IMG/VR virus record: IMGVR_UViG_3300009104_000016
Span: 4,337-68,336 of that record
DNA length: 64,000 nucleotides
Direction: 5' to 3' (one strand)
DNA from: a virus
In this document: positions 48,901 to 56,888 of the stretch, one piece after another
How positions within the stretch are numbered: position 1 is the stretch's first letter
How the letters are laid out: every line of letters begins with the position of its first letter
Notes under the pieces: generated by a model
Told to the model about the DNA's origin: nothing
Databases searched by the model: none
What the model saw: the letters and a program-made list of their open reading frames with translations, nothing else
Position numbers and translations under genes: made by a program

Positions 48901-51900
48901 TTATTTTTACCCGGAGGATTGTTCGAGAGCACTCTCGTGAACAGCATCAACATAAACGGGAAAAAGATCACGTACGGACAAAAGTTCAGCCTGTCTCAAT
49001 TAGCGGAATCCAAAGGCGGGATTTCCATGATCGAGCGGATTGAGAAGAACCTAAAAAAGCGGTTGGATAAACTGGTTGAACTGGGACAGGAAGTGAAATT
49101 CGCCACCGAGCATGAAAAACTGTACGACTTGTATAACCAGATTCAAGCTTTTAAACAGTTCTATGTTTTCGAAATGACAGACACAGCAGGGGACCGTATG
49201 GGACCTCTTGCGTCTTTGTCGAAAGAAGAAATCGAAACGCTGGCGATTGCTATAGATATGTCGGGCAAGAGGGGGTGGTCCTCGAGTCAGCGACAAAAAG
49301 ATCAATTGATCTCAAGTTCTCGGAATCCTAATTTGGTAGATGCCGTAATTTATAATTTATTGAAGGCGGCGTACGACACGAAGCTGATAGATGGAGAGCA
49401 GGGGCTTACGAGACTGTTTAAAGAATGGTCTGATGAAGTGCAGCGAAACCCGGAAGGCGAACTGGCTGAAATTTTAAAACTTTCCACCCGAGCCCCAATG
49501 CTTCTTTCAGAAGAAGCTTTAGCGGAGCTGAGCCCCAAGGGCGAGGGAACGGGAGGTACTTGGGAGAAAACTCCCGAGAATGAGATATATCAAACGCAAG
49601 GTGTTGAAGGTATCCGCCAACTACGAGTCCAAGGCGTAAAGGCAACGCACTCTATTAACCCCCTCGTAGATCCTCCTGGTAATCTTTTTTCGGAAACGGA
49701 CGAACTTCCCCTAGGAAAGATACCCCCAACCGACGAAGAGCTGAAGGCAAAAGGTGCCACCCCCTCCTCCGTTACTCGGAAAATAAAAAAGGAGAGGGGG
49801 GAGAAAGACGGTTTCAAGGAAGAAAGCTTCCTCGGAGGTTTCCAGAGGAAAGAGGGAGAGGTTGTAGAAAGTTACGAAGATTATGCAGACAGAAGAGACG
49901 CGGAAAGGCGAGAGCGCGACAAGGTATATCCCGAGCAGAAACAGCGCAAGTCTGTAAAGGTAGCTAAGGGGAAACAAGAAGTCACTCCCGAATACAGCGT
50001 ACCCGAAGATACCACAGTACTTCCTGAAGACTCGATGATCCGGAAAATGTTGGATCGAGAATTCCCTCTCGAGTTAGTTCAGCATTATATAGATATCGGG
50101 CTTATACCGGATTCGGATCTAAAGGAGCTTGCTAAATACACAGCCGAAGCGGAGAAAGACCCTAATCTTACCAAAGACTGGAACCAGAAAGATTTCCAAA
50201 GATTAGGACTGGAAAACGCAAGAAAAATTTTGATAAGGCAAATGCTTCATTACTTTAGCGGAGGTGGGCGTCCCAAAAGACTTTCCTCAAGTACTACGGG
50301 TTTGGCCAGCTTCGAAGAACATTTGTCGGAAGCTCTAGAGGAGCTTTTAGCTTTTAGAGAAACGTCTTCTCCCGCCAGAGCAGAGGCAATCGCTCTGGAG
50401 GAAAAACTCAAAGATTGGCGCACATCCATAATCGCTGCCCGAAGTTTTTTCAGTGATTTGCTAAACGCCGAAGATATCCCCGAGGGGCGTAAACCTCACC
50501 CTGTGCTGGACACTCCCATCTTCTTCAAGAGAAGCCCCGATCCCAACAAGTCTAACGCTTCTATATTGGAGTTTCTGCCCGATGGTTACGAGATACTGGA
50601 GAAAGAGTTACAGGAGAGGACGGAACTTATAGAAAAAATACGTAAAAGCCTACGAGCTGTAGAGAACGATATCCGAACCCAAAAAGACCCTAAACATAAT
50701 ATAGGTGTTTTACATGCACTTCGAAGGAAACTGCACCGTACTGACAACGTTCTAAGTTCGCTAGAAGAAAAGACTACCAAAATAAGTCCGAGAATACTGT
50801 TAAACCAAATTCTCAATTTCGGAGTTACAAGAGCTTTCGGGGAACATAAAACCGATACAGTGGCCCTTGATCCCGCTACGGAGAACATGGAACAACTGGA
50901 CGTAGGCGATCCGTTCCACGATAATCTTTTCGCCCTTGTCCGGTCTTTATCCGAACCCCTACCAAAGCCAGAAGGACGGAAAAGGACAGCCAGGGAGCAG
51001 GAAGAAATAGATACATGGGTACGTAAAAACAAAGAGCGTCTCCGCAAAAAGTGGAAGGACGGTATCCTCAAGTTCGAGGATGCGGCCGCGCGTTTAACCA
51101 GCTCCAGTGGAGCTAATATTCGAAAAGAGGTTTTCGGGCACCTACTAACTCAATGGCTGGGCGCACCTGATATTGCGAGAAACAAAAACTACCAAAAGGT
51201 TATGGAGGCCCTCTTTGAAAACGCTGCCGAGGACTCGTCCGGCACGGCAAAGGTGGACCCTATGAAGTTGGAGAAGGAAGAAGCGTTAAGACTTCTTATT
51301 TCGTTGGCCTATGGGGAGGTAGATATAGACGGCAACCCCGTCCAACATTTCGATTTGGATATGAACATAAGCCCCGACCATTCGCGTAGCAGTGGTACCG
51401 TTTCTCCCGAGGGGGACATAATAGAGCGTAAAACTTTGAAAGAAGAAGGTTCCGATTCCGACTACTTCAACCCAGAGGCTGATCACGATTCCCCCATATT
51501 CAAGACTTCTAGCACGGACCCTGTTCGCAAAAAAGCGGAGGCCCGAAGAGAAAAGGCTTTGGCTTCCGATATGAAGTTTACGCGAGCAATAGTTGACCAA
51601 TTTCCACATGTTTCGCATTGGTGCGCAGGCGTTATGCAAGGGCTGCACGATCGAGGGCAGCTCTCGTCCTTAAAAGGGCATCAAGTAGACGACCTTAACT
51701 TTATCCAAAAAATTAGACTGTATTTCGGGAAGACGGGAGATCAGTTAAAAGAAATCCAGCAGCAGTACGAGAACCCTGTGCTTGAGCTTTTAAGCAGCGC
51801 TAAATTGAAGGATCCGTTAGGTACTTTTGGAGACTACCTATATGCAAGATACGCACCTGTGCGAAACCGCAACATGCGAGAGCTTCGCCGTAAGTCCGGA

Positions 51901-54519
51901 TTGCCTGTAGATGAAAACACAGATTACTCGGGGCTAAAGCCGGAAGATCGCCGAAAGATTCTCAAAAATTTGGATAAACTTAGCGCAGAGCAGAAAACCT
52001 TGATTAAGAAAGCCGTCAAGTTATTCGATTCCATGAACAAGAGAAGCCTGGATCTTCTGGCCGCAAACGGTGTGTTAGGTAAAGACGCCCTGGGGAGGAT
52101 AAACAAGCATGCGAGAAACGATAAAAATGAATGGGTTTGGGCCCCCCTTCGAGGTGTTGACGATGCGGAGGTGAACACAGAAGATGGTAATGTTTTCGGA
52201 GGGTTTCTTAAAAATCTTTTGGAGTTGGATGGGGGGCGTATTCTTGAAGAGCCAAGCGGCACCGGTACGGGGGCCGGCTTCTCAGAGAACAGTAGAGATT
52301 TCGTATTAGCAGCAGCTAAAGGCAGGTATTCCCAGGCCGAGTCGCGTAAGATTTTCGCATATGCCTTGAAATCGGCAGCGGAATCTGTAATCAGATCCAA
52401 TAAAAACGAAGTATCCAACAGCGTAGGCGCAGCTTTAAGAGTGGCTTTTTCGCAAGGAGGAGATAAGTATTCTAAGGTTGCTCAAGTAATAGATCCCACT
52501 CTTGCCGAGGATAAAGAAAAGTTTTTACGTAAAAGGGAAGTAGCCGTTTTCAAGAATGTAAACGGCAGACAGCAAAAAGTCATAGAAGTCGTAACTGAAA
52601 ATCTTCTTGATAAAACTGAGTTGGTTTTGACTTATAGGCAAGAGGGGAAACCTATTCACATACTATTTGAGGATTCCCACCTAGGTAGGATGCTTGTAAG
52701 GCAGTTAAAGAATGCCGACAACGTCAGTTTAGGCCCTACGGCGGCTAAGTTTAAAAATCTAATGAGTTTCTTCGCCAAGGTCTATACGGTATTCTCTCCC
52801 AATTTCATGGTATCCAACATGAATCGAGATTTGCTCATGGCCTACTTTACCTTAAAGAGCTCCGAAGACACCAAGAAATTTGCCCGAACTGTTCTGAACC
52901 CCGTCAATATAGCTCAAAACATTGCCGCGATGTATAAGGAGTCTCGAAGAGAATCCAAGGGGTCTCAAGTTCCTAAGGAATTAAAAGCGCGTCTACTCGC
53001 CGCAAAAGCAGCAAATCTTAAAGGTCTTTCTCTAGCGGAGTTTGCGGATGACTTGGAAATAGCCCCCTTGCTTTACCAGCAAGCAGGCGGTCGGGTGGCT
53101 TTCTTCGGGATTGAAGATGCTGAGCAGAGAGCCGCCAACCTTGCCAGACGTGTCAATAAAATGGGGAAGACGGGAAAAATACCTAGCAAAGCCTCTTTAA
53201 AAGATTTTATAGCCTTTATTCAAAACCTTAATACTGGAGTAGAGAATGGGGTACGACTTCAAGTTTTCAGGGAAGCGATTCGAAACGGGATGTCTCTGGA
53301 AAAAGCAGCTGGACTCTCGCGTGACGTAACCGTAGATTTCAACCGGAAGGGCAACTACACTAACATAGTCAACACTCTCTATTTGTTTTTCAACGCGAGC
53401 GTGCAGGGCAACTACAAGCTCCTTCGAGCCTTCTTTACGGAGAGAACCGCCAAACAAGCGGGGGCGCTTGTAGGGCAGTTTATAGCAGCAGCCGCCGTGT
53501 ACTCTTTTATTTCCAGACTGTGGGCCGGGGAAGACGAGGAAACCGAGGAGAACCACGTTGACCGTTTGTCGGAGTACGAGAGAAACCATCAAATACAGTT
53601 ATGGCTGGAGCCCGGCACGGGGAAGCATCTTAAAGTACACATTCCGTACGGCTTAAACACTCTGCTGAGCTTGGGACGCCGAATAGGTGACGTAATGTGG
53701 AACACCATTCATGGGAAAGGAGGGGCTACTCCCATCGAAGCTTCCATCGGATGGCTGTCCAATGCGCTTGACGTGTTTAATCCTTTGGGAGCTGCGGGCC
53801 ATCCGTTGATATCCGCTACTCCACATCTGGCCCGGCCCTTGGTGAATATGGCGGGGCCTCAAGTAAATTTCATGGGCAATCCGATATATCCCGACAATTC
53901 CTTTTCTGAGAAAACGGAGGCGCATCAACACTTTAGCAGCGTCAATCCTTTATCCCGGGAAGCGGCTCAATGGTGGAACAGACAGCTGGGTGGTGATCAA
54001 TACCACCCTGCTTTTGGGGGTTCTACCTTTACCTTTTCCCCTGAAACCTTGGACGAGTTGGTTAATTTCATAGGGGGTGGCTCCGGGCGCATGATATGGC
54101 AGAACCTGGGCAGTACGTTACGACCGCAAGAACGGGAGTTCAAAACTTTACTTAAAGACCTCCCTGTTCTTCCGGTGTTGTATCGACACGGTACCGAAGA
54201 CTACAATCTGGACAGACGCTACTTCAAGTTGCTTAAGGGGATAGATGCTAGGTATAAACAGTATAACCTCTACAAAAGCCAAGATCCTAAGCAAGCAATA
54301 ACCTACGCTAAGGAAATTAAACCTTACCTACAGCTCAAAGGCTTTTCGGACAATATAGGGAAGCAGAGAAAATATTGGCAGCGCAAGATAGATAAAATGA
54401 CTAAAATGAAAGCATCCCCTGAAAAAATGCAACGGATTGAAAAGCAAGCGGAAAAAGATCAACGTAAGAGCAAGGGAAGGCTTCTCGCTAAAGCGAGACA
54501 GCTGGGCATTTCACCATGA
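39949..54519 (+). CDS. Giant polyvalent virion (ejected) protein, 4856 aa: zincin HExxH, RecD/Dda-like SF1 helicase, MORN-variant, SLOG-like and LPD38-like domains
   Basis: LLHESAH (~42532). GYAGTGKTT/VDEASML/GDGFQLPPV/TAHKAQGSQW/YTAMGRA (44.2-45.5 kb). WYENG.K repeats (45.7-46.0 kb). FHSGGAEGTD...RNYYQI...GGSGFAV...IGTR (47.5-48.7 kb). LFFNASVQG...NFMGNPI (53.3-54.2 kb). Confidence 0.85.
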   Translation: MASELNLGSVDFAESPVESPSSPGGKPREFEQYESFKQEGDFLEDRVGDHKTLSSSLKSRRGKVYGKIQKVMENANDGYFMGEDEVGPEEWLKSVEGSSSYKNNKELRSYLDTLKGFDDKIGKHDLLAEKAFAERDAHLLEATSIPTHFQKSYEDWQDERTKAGKQRKPLDPDELHAFLNTFTPFYEEPKFNFRGRLENAEAVDPRFAGDYRKPKRNFTTGRVEDPAMDVMRGRMAKALAGDIQGFLSYRKQAEKNDKLRARGFEFGSGGTADLKHPFELSRNEREILDKEEAKNLGFKSYRGIPLDDAFDKDNVAHAGELESARMMRLVFASNLAYKKAFAQYMKDLANKADLEEASAKLQIARRAREGAIQKAIGAGFAMEVLNRAEDRGLFGQAFNAVKQAWKQGQGLGDAALLFEQAGVTGGFGIDEMIGGKIDQEFAEQLVEVMEQAKEGGTTESLQDYYREIQENEPENLGEAFGQLINNPAAAAQLFVQSLSMYLPPVFSYGLKTVPAGAAAGLVAGGGAGAFKGAGYGLRSAFPIASFSLSYLGKIFEDMEEMGIDTNNPRILMQAWNSPAVMEKLRVKAAKYAGGVSMFDAVGALGAGRIGKILDGPTKFIGTSVLPNSQKMATFLKTGIKTGGEIGFGAGTGMLGDYVGQKWSNDPGEKVDLASVAAEGLLEVGPHVVTAPLEMARGIWGKQPKLNPDGTLDEEVETEDTVEISKSETAPDPRSIGNTRNLKWRGQEVPVFNYASETEFTEGLRQKAEENGISMDDSELKATEFLASGLFNPETGSHGTDLNIAWINKNDAKALFPKSNPLRSAYTPHVGEQNKDSVIFINIDGVKERQKRGDAGVFSTLLHESAHFAHDFIYGDEEISVFWDEVGQEDRQKMAAVYASSGRASSVNDFKDAFDNQEEAEQALAIYDDLINEKTGVKLRREWFAHQVTRVLKGEKLRNNSLQKLIQDFIEHLKKAVQFLMDGGQGSEVGSGIEDKELDAQLERFILERLRPGLDFEGQNIGNQRVGLAAAGQFRSAVTRDKEERGQLEHIVNQFINRQQGGKAVSDSATLKRIADTLGLKEKSELKEVVALIKKHRSALAKAETKEQVEAAEEAYKKGGTALLRVKDQAKKAHARAKTEAAKAAKSAEDKKKWAGDAAKEAKEWDFQGSSFIDYARSKGADTPEKAFRLLFKRLSGRFYYKEDANTVANPFIIQQWSGVALEKLQTEEGKNKKKGDTFGFEIPIDNLKLPKLTKDTFYQAKIGGGHGYVVFKVADAKSTDKKGVLEVEATVEQLFENKEIGTWLQKAAAKLKEPFKSAPKAKPKTEAASKDDADPDDDDPPPGGGGGRASGDSGSADGTTPDEKGSGSPPAPAPKKGAMPGDALGKKAAVKAASYSEEPPVREDEDIFKAREEELDYTAGQRVALRKAAEMVEGKTGELVTAGYAGTGKTTIMENIIRYALDKGRDVVVLAPTYKALSNINKSIGKELQDRISSETVQQATQRWDDRQKKTIFGLNGEIVSPNSLVLVDEASMLSNFNYEHLQKHSSVLYFGDGFQLPPVGGDNQVMQNPDVTLTEVKRQSLKSNLFLFLTALRSLATPKLIKPHIDIQKPGDLDFKPADGDFKKELQAVFKKWFQGGKREEDSVVAICHTNKNRSILNQGVRKALGFKPNTLNEGEQLLVLNNGIRYTNSETLNVTSASVIDSIDKEALALRYKSRYATGDDAGKELSPENYDFYEVTSDVEGSAVTTTHLVIYDTAKVGQASFELGGVYTENWDALPSNMVKTPERENAPKELADNLYVSTYGYALTAHKAQGSQWNTVFVYPDVRISEKDSSGKWRAKEEEQARWLYTAMGRARKRVVLTNTTEPYAPFRNAAIPSKAQIEALASPPEAAPEAAPEAAPEDAPETKPEAAPTEPENEVDPLELEKRDGLQYFEGKPFTGVAVSKLNSGAKLSEATYKNGNLHGPQTFWYSNGQKSSETNFKDGKRDGITTRWYENGKKEYEYNYKDDDLLSIKEWDEKGTLTENKRLDKPEAEPEAPKSKAEGGVPTRIHDTLEAANAAVGELKGAQLFDGSNYIVSDDLRPFVVIDIEGVKVAFYLSSGMGGKKLSKPGHWFPVPGMSPNGRWLNKGSDFDLSVYYGSDKLKKVAQELDAKIGNIGSLIESALPMAGKDPVESEDVNKWITNHPTVNREASKKVATNINSMLGALGEPAFYVKEGGATTTRLKPETKPEAKPKEETISEQDVLDSLMSGTPEKKEDHDPIIYALPPDPTSEDKLRFAGNLMSLAGKDGKEKLSTLVNALTVAGNLGYEYVLKDSTLWTSNGVLTVVPPEELGTNPLEFFDSSPNFRKTDNKPEDRKRNSIKNLLKAIINIDALRELPIQHDFLSYDNYQGSLKKELQQLQQAAKNTNEVLSILRDAKAYRLTHDQAVPDEAYLRQLRKRIEKIDPSAVALLKDSSLGLPPSVVTRAKEIAEEKKTLLSKISPERRSLIFKQAVNQALRERADARRQAGGGRSLAFHSGGAEGTDSWFFRLGRLFGIEQVHWGFAYNKKSGKWLEEDKSERGGLKSEEHELIDWQWDGYGYGNKWLLEQAVQAYNAALDMQKKWSPFARHDSQLRILTNDQGQPMRRMPNGNLVALRPPGDGRPGDRLVVERTLDKKLPSRVEKLKLRNYYQIQNTNSFGPLEGKRTSLWANDGGQKPWLHLVNEVIAVVGRNNEGGFSSGVREIPEGSKDNDWKVHIDEFNVKARDFDSSLPADYDLSIWQHKKTLQEEEKKAFNKSLRDFSRRVRQVNYIDGGSGFAVQMAVMEWFRTQWRRDLSQPQKKENQADETSFHVYNQSDNQWYTLDKKPYPYTRGGAALTGVELEWVPIDTENAKLTLSLEEGARSAMIGTRDLTLSGRRAMEKLLADSFPDFAEDFEYLQGFDEEYGGILYKNLYTPQGAIANLQEEMKMLHQLPFLEGGKSLTHYDKFLRLPGDAVLEGDLFLPGGLFESTLVNSININGKKITYGQKFSLSQLAESKGGISMIERIEKNLKKRLDKLVELGQEVKFATEHEKLYDLYNQIQAFKQFYVFEMTDTAGDRMGPLASLSKEEIETLAIAIDMSGKRGWSSSQRQKDQLISSSRNPNLVDAVIYNLLKAAYDTKLIDGEQGLTRLFKEWSDEVQRNPEGELAEILKLSTRAPMLLSEEALAELSPKGEGTGGTWEKTPENEIYQTQGVEGIRQLRVQGVKATHSINPLVDPPGNLFSETDELPLGKIPPTDEELKAKGATPSSVTRKIKKERGEKDGFKEESFLGGFQRKEGEVVESYEDYADRRDAERRERDKVYPEQKQRKSVKVAKGKQEVTPEYSVPEDTTVLPEDSMIRKMLDREFPLELVQHYIDIGLIPDSDLKELAKYTAEAEKDPNLTKDWNQKDFQRLGLENARKILIRQMLHYFSGGGRPKRLSSSTTGLASFEEHLSEALEELLAFRETSSPARAEAIALEEKLKDWRTSIIAARSFFSDLLNAEDIPEGRKPHPVLDTPIFFKRSPDPNKSNASILEFLPDGYEILEKELQERTELIEKIRKSLRAVENDIRTQKDPKHNIGVLHALRRKLHRTDNVLSSLEEKTTKISPRILLNQILNFGVTRAFGEHKTDTVALDPATENMEQLDVGDPFHDNLFALVRSLSEPLPKPEGRKRTAREQEEIDTWVRKNKERLRKKWKDGILKFEDAAARLTSSSGANIRKEVFGHLLTQWLGAPDIARNKNYQKVMEALFENAAEDSSGTAKVDPMKLEKEEALRLLISLAYGEVDIDGNPVQHFDLDMNISPDHSRSSGTVSPEGDIIERKTLKEEGSDSDYFNPEADHDSPIFKTSSTDPVRKKAEARREKALASDMKFTRAIVDQFPHVSHWCAGVMQGLHDRGQLSSLKGHQVDDLNFIQKIRLYFGKTGDQLKEIQQQYENPVLELLSSAKLKDPLGTFGDYLYARYAPVRNRNMRELRRKSGLPVDENTDYSGLKPEDRRKILKNLDKLSAEQKTLIKKAVKLFDSMNKRSLDLLAANGVLGKDALGRINKHARNDKNEWVWAPLRGVDDAEVNTEDGNVFGGFLKNLLELDGGRILEEPSGTGTGAGFSENSRDFVLAAAKGRYSQAESRKIFAYALKSAAESVIRSNKNEVSNSVGAALRVAFSQGGDKYSKVAQVIDPTLAEDKEKFLRKREVAVFKNVNGRQQKVIEVVTENLLDKTELVLTYRQEGKPIHILFEDSHLGRMLVRQLKNADNVSLGPTAAKFKNLMSFFAKVYTVFSPNFMVSNMNRDLLMAYFTLKSSEDTKKFARTVLNPVNIAQNIAAMYKESRRESKGSQVPKELKARLLAAKAANLKGLSLAEFADDLEIAPLLYQQAGGRVAFFGIEDAEQRAANLARRVNKMGKTGKIPSKASLKDFIAFIQNLNTGVENGVRLQVFREAIRNGMSLEKAAGLSRDVTVDFNRKGNYTNIVNTLYLFFNASVQGNYKLLRAFFTERTAKQAGALVGQFIAAAAVYSFISRLWAGEDEETEENHVDRLSEYERNHQIQLWLEPGTGKHLKVHIPYGLNTLLSLGRRIGDVMWNTIHGKGGATPIEASIGWLSNALDVFNPLGAAGHPLISATPHLARPLVNMAGPQVNFMGNPIYPDNSFSEKTEAHQHFSSVNPLSREAAQWWNRQLGGDQYHPAFGGSTFTFSPETLDELVNFIGGGSGRMIWQNLGSTLRPQEREFKTLLKDLPVLPVLYRHGTEDYNLDRRYFKLLKGIDARYKQYNLYKSQDPKQAITYAKEIKPYLQLKGFSDNIGKQRKYWQRKIDKMTKMKASPEKMQRIEKQAEKDQRKSKGRLLAKARQLGISP
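45616..45690 (+). repeat. 12-bp coding tandem repeat CCCGAAGCCGCA (PEAA linker)
   Basis: Three exact and three variant units. Confidence 0.95.
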
Positions 54520-56561
54520 GAGACACCAATTTAAAGCTTTCGAAAAAGCAAGAAGAAGATCTGATCAAGTACGCTCTTGACCGGCTCAAGGAACTCGAGG
54601 CCGATAATCTTGAGAGGATAGACTCCGACAAGCTGTCGTGGAAGGTTTACGAGAATGACCGCTCGGATCGGCTAGTGAACGATACGATATTCTCACAATC
54701 CAACGTGCCCATCCCCCTGACACCGCTTATCGTAGATCATTTTCTCGCCAGAGCGGAAGACGATATAACGGGAACCGCTCCCTATTTCAGGTTCGAGGCT
54801 CAAGGTCCCCAAGACGAAGCTATCGTCAAGTCCTTTGATAAATATTTCAATTGGAAGCTGGATAAAAAAGCACGCACGCGCGAGCGTCTCGAGGAAAGCT
54901 ATCTCCATATTTTCCTGCAAAGGGCGGCGGTCTTTAAGGCGGTTTACGAAGAATCCAGCTCGGTTTGGTACGATTACGAGCGGAATGCGCTGTACGATAC
55001 GGTCGAGGAAGATTTCGTCCGAACAATGGAAGGAGAGTACGTTCTTGAGGGCGAAGCTCAGTTTGAGCCTATAACAGATCCTATGACGGGAGAGACCGTA
55101 ATGTCCATGGTGGGGGAGCCCGGCATAGAGGCAGTACCCGGTCGTCATGATTTCGTCCCCCTGCCGGAAGGAGTGCCCACTCAGTTGATCAGGTATAGAG
55201 GACCCCGCTCCGTAGTCGTAGACTCCGATCGCTTTCTCTGCCCCTCCAATGTAGAGCACATCGAGGAAGCTGACTGCTTGGTGGAATCTTACGACAAGGA
55301 TTTGAACTGGTGTAAGAAAATGTTCCTGGAGAGAGAATGGCTTTCTTACGAAGATTTCCTCCAGAAAATAAAGAAGGACGCAAATCCCAGAACCAAAAGC
55401 GAGAACAACAAGGAATACAGGGAGAACCTCTCCTTCGACGATGAGGAAAACCCAAAGGTCCAGATCAAGGAATTCTGGTTGAAGAGAGATGTCCTGGAAA
55501 CAGGAGAGCCTCAGGATTTTTGCGTCTTCATAGACCCGGAAACCGAACAGGCCGTTTACTACGAGTACGTTGCGAAAGTGACTCCCGACAATAAGATACC
55601 CTACTCTTGTGTTTCCATAGGCAGACAAAGAAACAGATGGTGGGGACCTTCCCTCCCTGAGAAGGTTCGCGTATACCAAGAGTATCTGGACAAACAATTT
55701 AATTCACAGTCCTACCGGAACGAAATGGCCGCTAATCCAATAGTGGGGGTAAACCCTAATTCCGTGGAGGACGAGCCGGACGAGATAGAACTTTACGCAG
55801 GCAAAGTCTTTGAACTGAAGGATCAACATAAAATGGAGGACTTCATGACCTTTGCGGTAGTCCCCAATGTTGATACCAAAACTCAGGAACTTATAGATTT
55901 TGTCTTCGGCATGGTCCAGTTATGGCTTGGAGTAAGTAACCTTGCTCAGGGGGATTACCAGGCCTTGACTCCGGCAAACACAGCTACCGGAGTTGAGGCC
56001 ACCCTGAGAGAAGCCTCCAAAATAGGCAGACGTTGGATGCGTCGGGTTGTAAGAGGTTTCGAGGAACACTTGACTAAGCTCGTAAAGATTTCCATGGCTA
56101 CTCTCGAAGAGCCCGAGATCTTTGAATATATGGAAGGAGACGTAGCCAGCTTTGGCGTGATCACTCCCGAAATGGTAGAGAACCTGGAGACCGATGCCAG
56201 AGTAATTCTGTCGCAGAACCAAGATCAGAGAACTCTCGAAAAAGCCAATATGGCCCTGCAGACGCAGGAAAGATACTTTAACTACGCACCTGAAATCCGC
56301 CCGTGGGTACGACCACTACTTGTTGAAATTCTCGCCGCTATGGGGTATGAGAAGATAGACGAGCTTCTTCCACAGGAAGCACCGCAAGACCCTAGGGCTG
56401 AAGCCGAGATGATGAAACTCATGGCCGATGCTCAAGGTACTGGGGGAGGCGGCTCCGGTGGGGCGGCTCCTCCTAAGCAGGATTCAATAGGACCTGCCGT
56501 GGAGGGAATGGGCAATTCCAATCCACAGGGGCAAAATCAATATCAACAGCAAACAGGATAA
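54516..56561 (+). CDS. Portal protein
   Basis: 681 aa. FSQSNV, WWG.SLPE...Q..L, and GVSNLAQG...TATG pattern of podovirus-type portals. Confidence 0.85.
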   Translation: MRDTNLKLSKKQEEDLIKYALDRLKELEADNLERIDSDKLSWKVYENDRSDRLVNDTIFSQSNVPIPLTPLIVDHFLARAEDDITGTAPYFRFEAQGPQDEAIVKSFDKYFNWKLDKKARTRERLEESYLHIFLQRAAVFKAVYEESSSVWYDYERNALYDTVEEDFVRTMEGEYVLEGEAQFEPITDPMTGETVMSMVGEPGIEAVPGRHDFVPLPEGVPTQLIRYRGPRSVVVDSDRFLCPSNVEHIEEADCLVESYDKDLNWCKKMFLEREWLSYEDFLQKIKKDANPRTKSENNKEYRENLSFDDEENPKVQIKEFWLKRDVLETGEPQDFCVFIDPETEQAVYYEYVAKVTPDNKIPYSCVSIGRQRNRWWGPSLPEKVRVYQEYLDKQFNSQSYRNEMAANPIVGVNPNSVEDEPDEIELYAGKVFELKDQHKMEDFMTFAVVPNVDTKTQELIDFVFGMVQLWLGVSNLAQGDYQALTPANTATGVEATLREASKIGRRWMRRVVRGFEEHLTKLVKISMATLEEPEIFEYMEGDVASFGVITPEMVENLETDARVILSQNQDQRTLEKANMALQTQERYFNYAPEIRPWVRPLLVEILAAMGYEKIDELLPQEAPQDPRAEAEMMKLMADAQGTGGGGSGGAAPPKQDSIGPAVEGMGNSNPQGQNQYQQQTG

Positions 56562-56888
56562 CTATCGTGGCCGTTTACAAGCATCAAAAAATGGAAGACC
56601 TTAACCAAAGAGGCCACAAAGTTTGGGAGACAGCAGGCGCGAGAACCACGAGAAGCTCCCGCAATAGCGGTAAGTTTTTCGTTCGCAAGGTGACTGGATT
56701 GAGAACCCGCGTAAGACTTGGCGCGAACTTCACGACCGCCGAGAGGATCTTCTCCCCTAATATGCCTTTCGGAGCAGCCAAAGGCACCATCTACGCAGGC
56801 GGGACCATCGGCCGCACCAATATGAGCGTGGGCAACAAGGACGGGATAAGACTTTGGTACTAATTCAACAGCAAACAGGATAACTATC
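56543..56888 (+). repeat. 24-nt direct repeat TCAACAGCAAACAGGATAACTATC (56543-56566, 56865-56888)
   Basis: Each copy directly precedes the start codon of a paralogous gene. Confidence 0.95.
56567..56863 (+). CDS. Small basic virion protein, paralogue of the N-terminus of 56889..58088
   Basis: SRNSGKFF...GLRTR...PFGAAKG vs SRNGGKYF...GLRSR...PFGAPKG. Confidence 0.75.
   Translation: MAVYKHQKMEDLNQRGHKVWETAGARTTRSSRNSGKFFVRKVTGLRTRVRLGANFTTAERIFSPNMPFGAAKGTIYAGGTIGRTNMSVGNKDGIRLWY

Noticed and set aside
51310-51365. VDIDGN/FDLD as a virion RNA polymerase catalytic motif
   Set aside because: It does not match DxDGD/DFDxD in the expected context, and no other RNAP motifs were recognised.
54693-55697. 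334-aa minus-strand ORF and similar antisense ORFs over terL, polA and the giant gene
   Set aside because: They are fully antisense to well-supported genes and have no recognisable motifs.
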